A stretch of 64,000 nucleotides of DNA from Octopus bimaculoides (Eukaryota), in assembly GCF_001194135.2 (NCBI RefSeq), contig NC_068999.1, positions 47,126,021 to 47,190,020 on the forward strand. Reading direction: 5' to 3'. Below are positions 63,896 through 64,000 of the stretch, piece after piece. The position numbers and the translations under genes are program-made. Within the stretch, counting starts at the first letter, position 1. Each line of letters opens with the position of its first letter. The notes beneath the pieces were generated by a model. It was not told the origin of the DNA, ran no database searches, and saw only the letters and a program-made list of their open reading frames with translations.

Positions 63896-64000
63896 GTGCT
63901 GGTGTGTCAGATCGACCGCTTGACAACTGTTGGTATGTTCATGTCCTTGTAAGCTCGTGGTTCGGCAAAAGAAACCGACATAATATGTACCAGGCTTTAA

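Overview
AT-rich animal genomic DNA with many N gaps and dense microsatellites. The repeat content suggests a coleoid cephalopod, probably Octopus; this is inference. Two complete multi-exon genes lie tail-to-tail. (1) A + strand MCT10/MCT8-type monocarboxylate/aromatic amino acid transporter (SLC16A10-like), 6 coding exons at 19890-46990, 528 aa. (2) A - strand mitochondrial carrier of the UCP5/KMCP1 group (SLC25A14/SLC25A30-like), 10 short coding exons at 61421-50335, 291 aa. No exon of gene 2 appears in the supplied ORF track, and its last intron has U12 (minor spliceosome) signals. The rest is transposon-derived: tRNA-derived SINEs, two RTE-clade LINE remnants with many 3' UTR copies, mariner, piggyBac, hAT and Helentron-like derivatives, and a Penelope endonuclease fragment. 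Two different minimal type I hammerhead ribozymes of Penelope type are visible: 41260-41305 (+, sense inside intron 4 of the transporter gene) and 11447-11497 (-). CpG content falls sharply at about 23.5 kb, consistent with gene-body methylation over both genes. All calls were read by eye with no database searches, and repeat boundaries are approximate.
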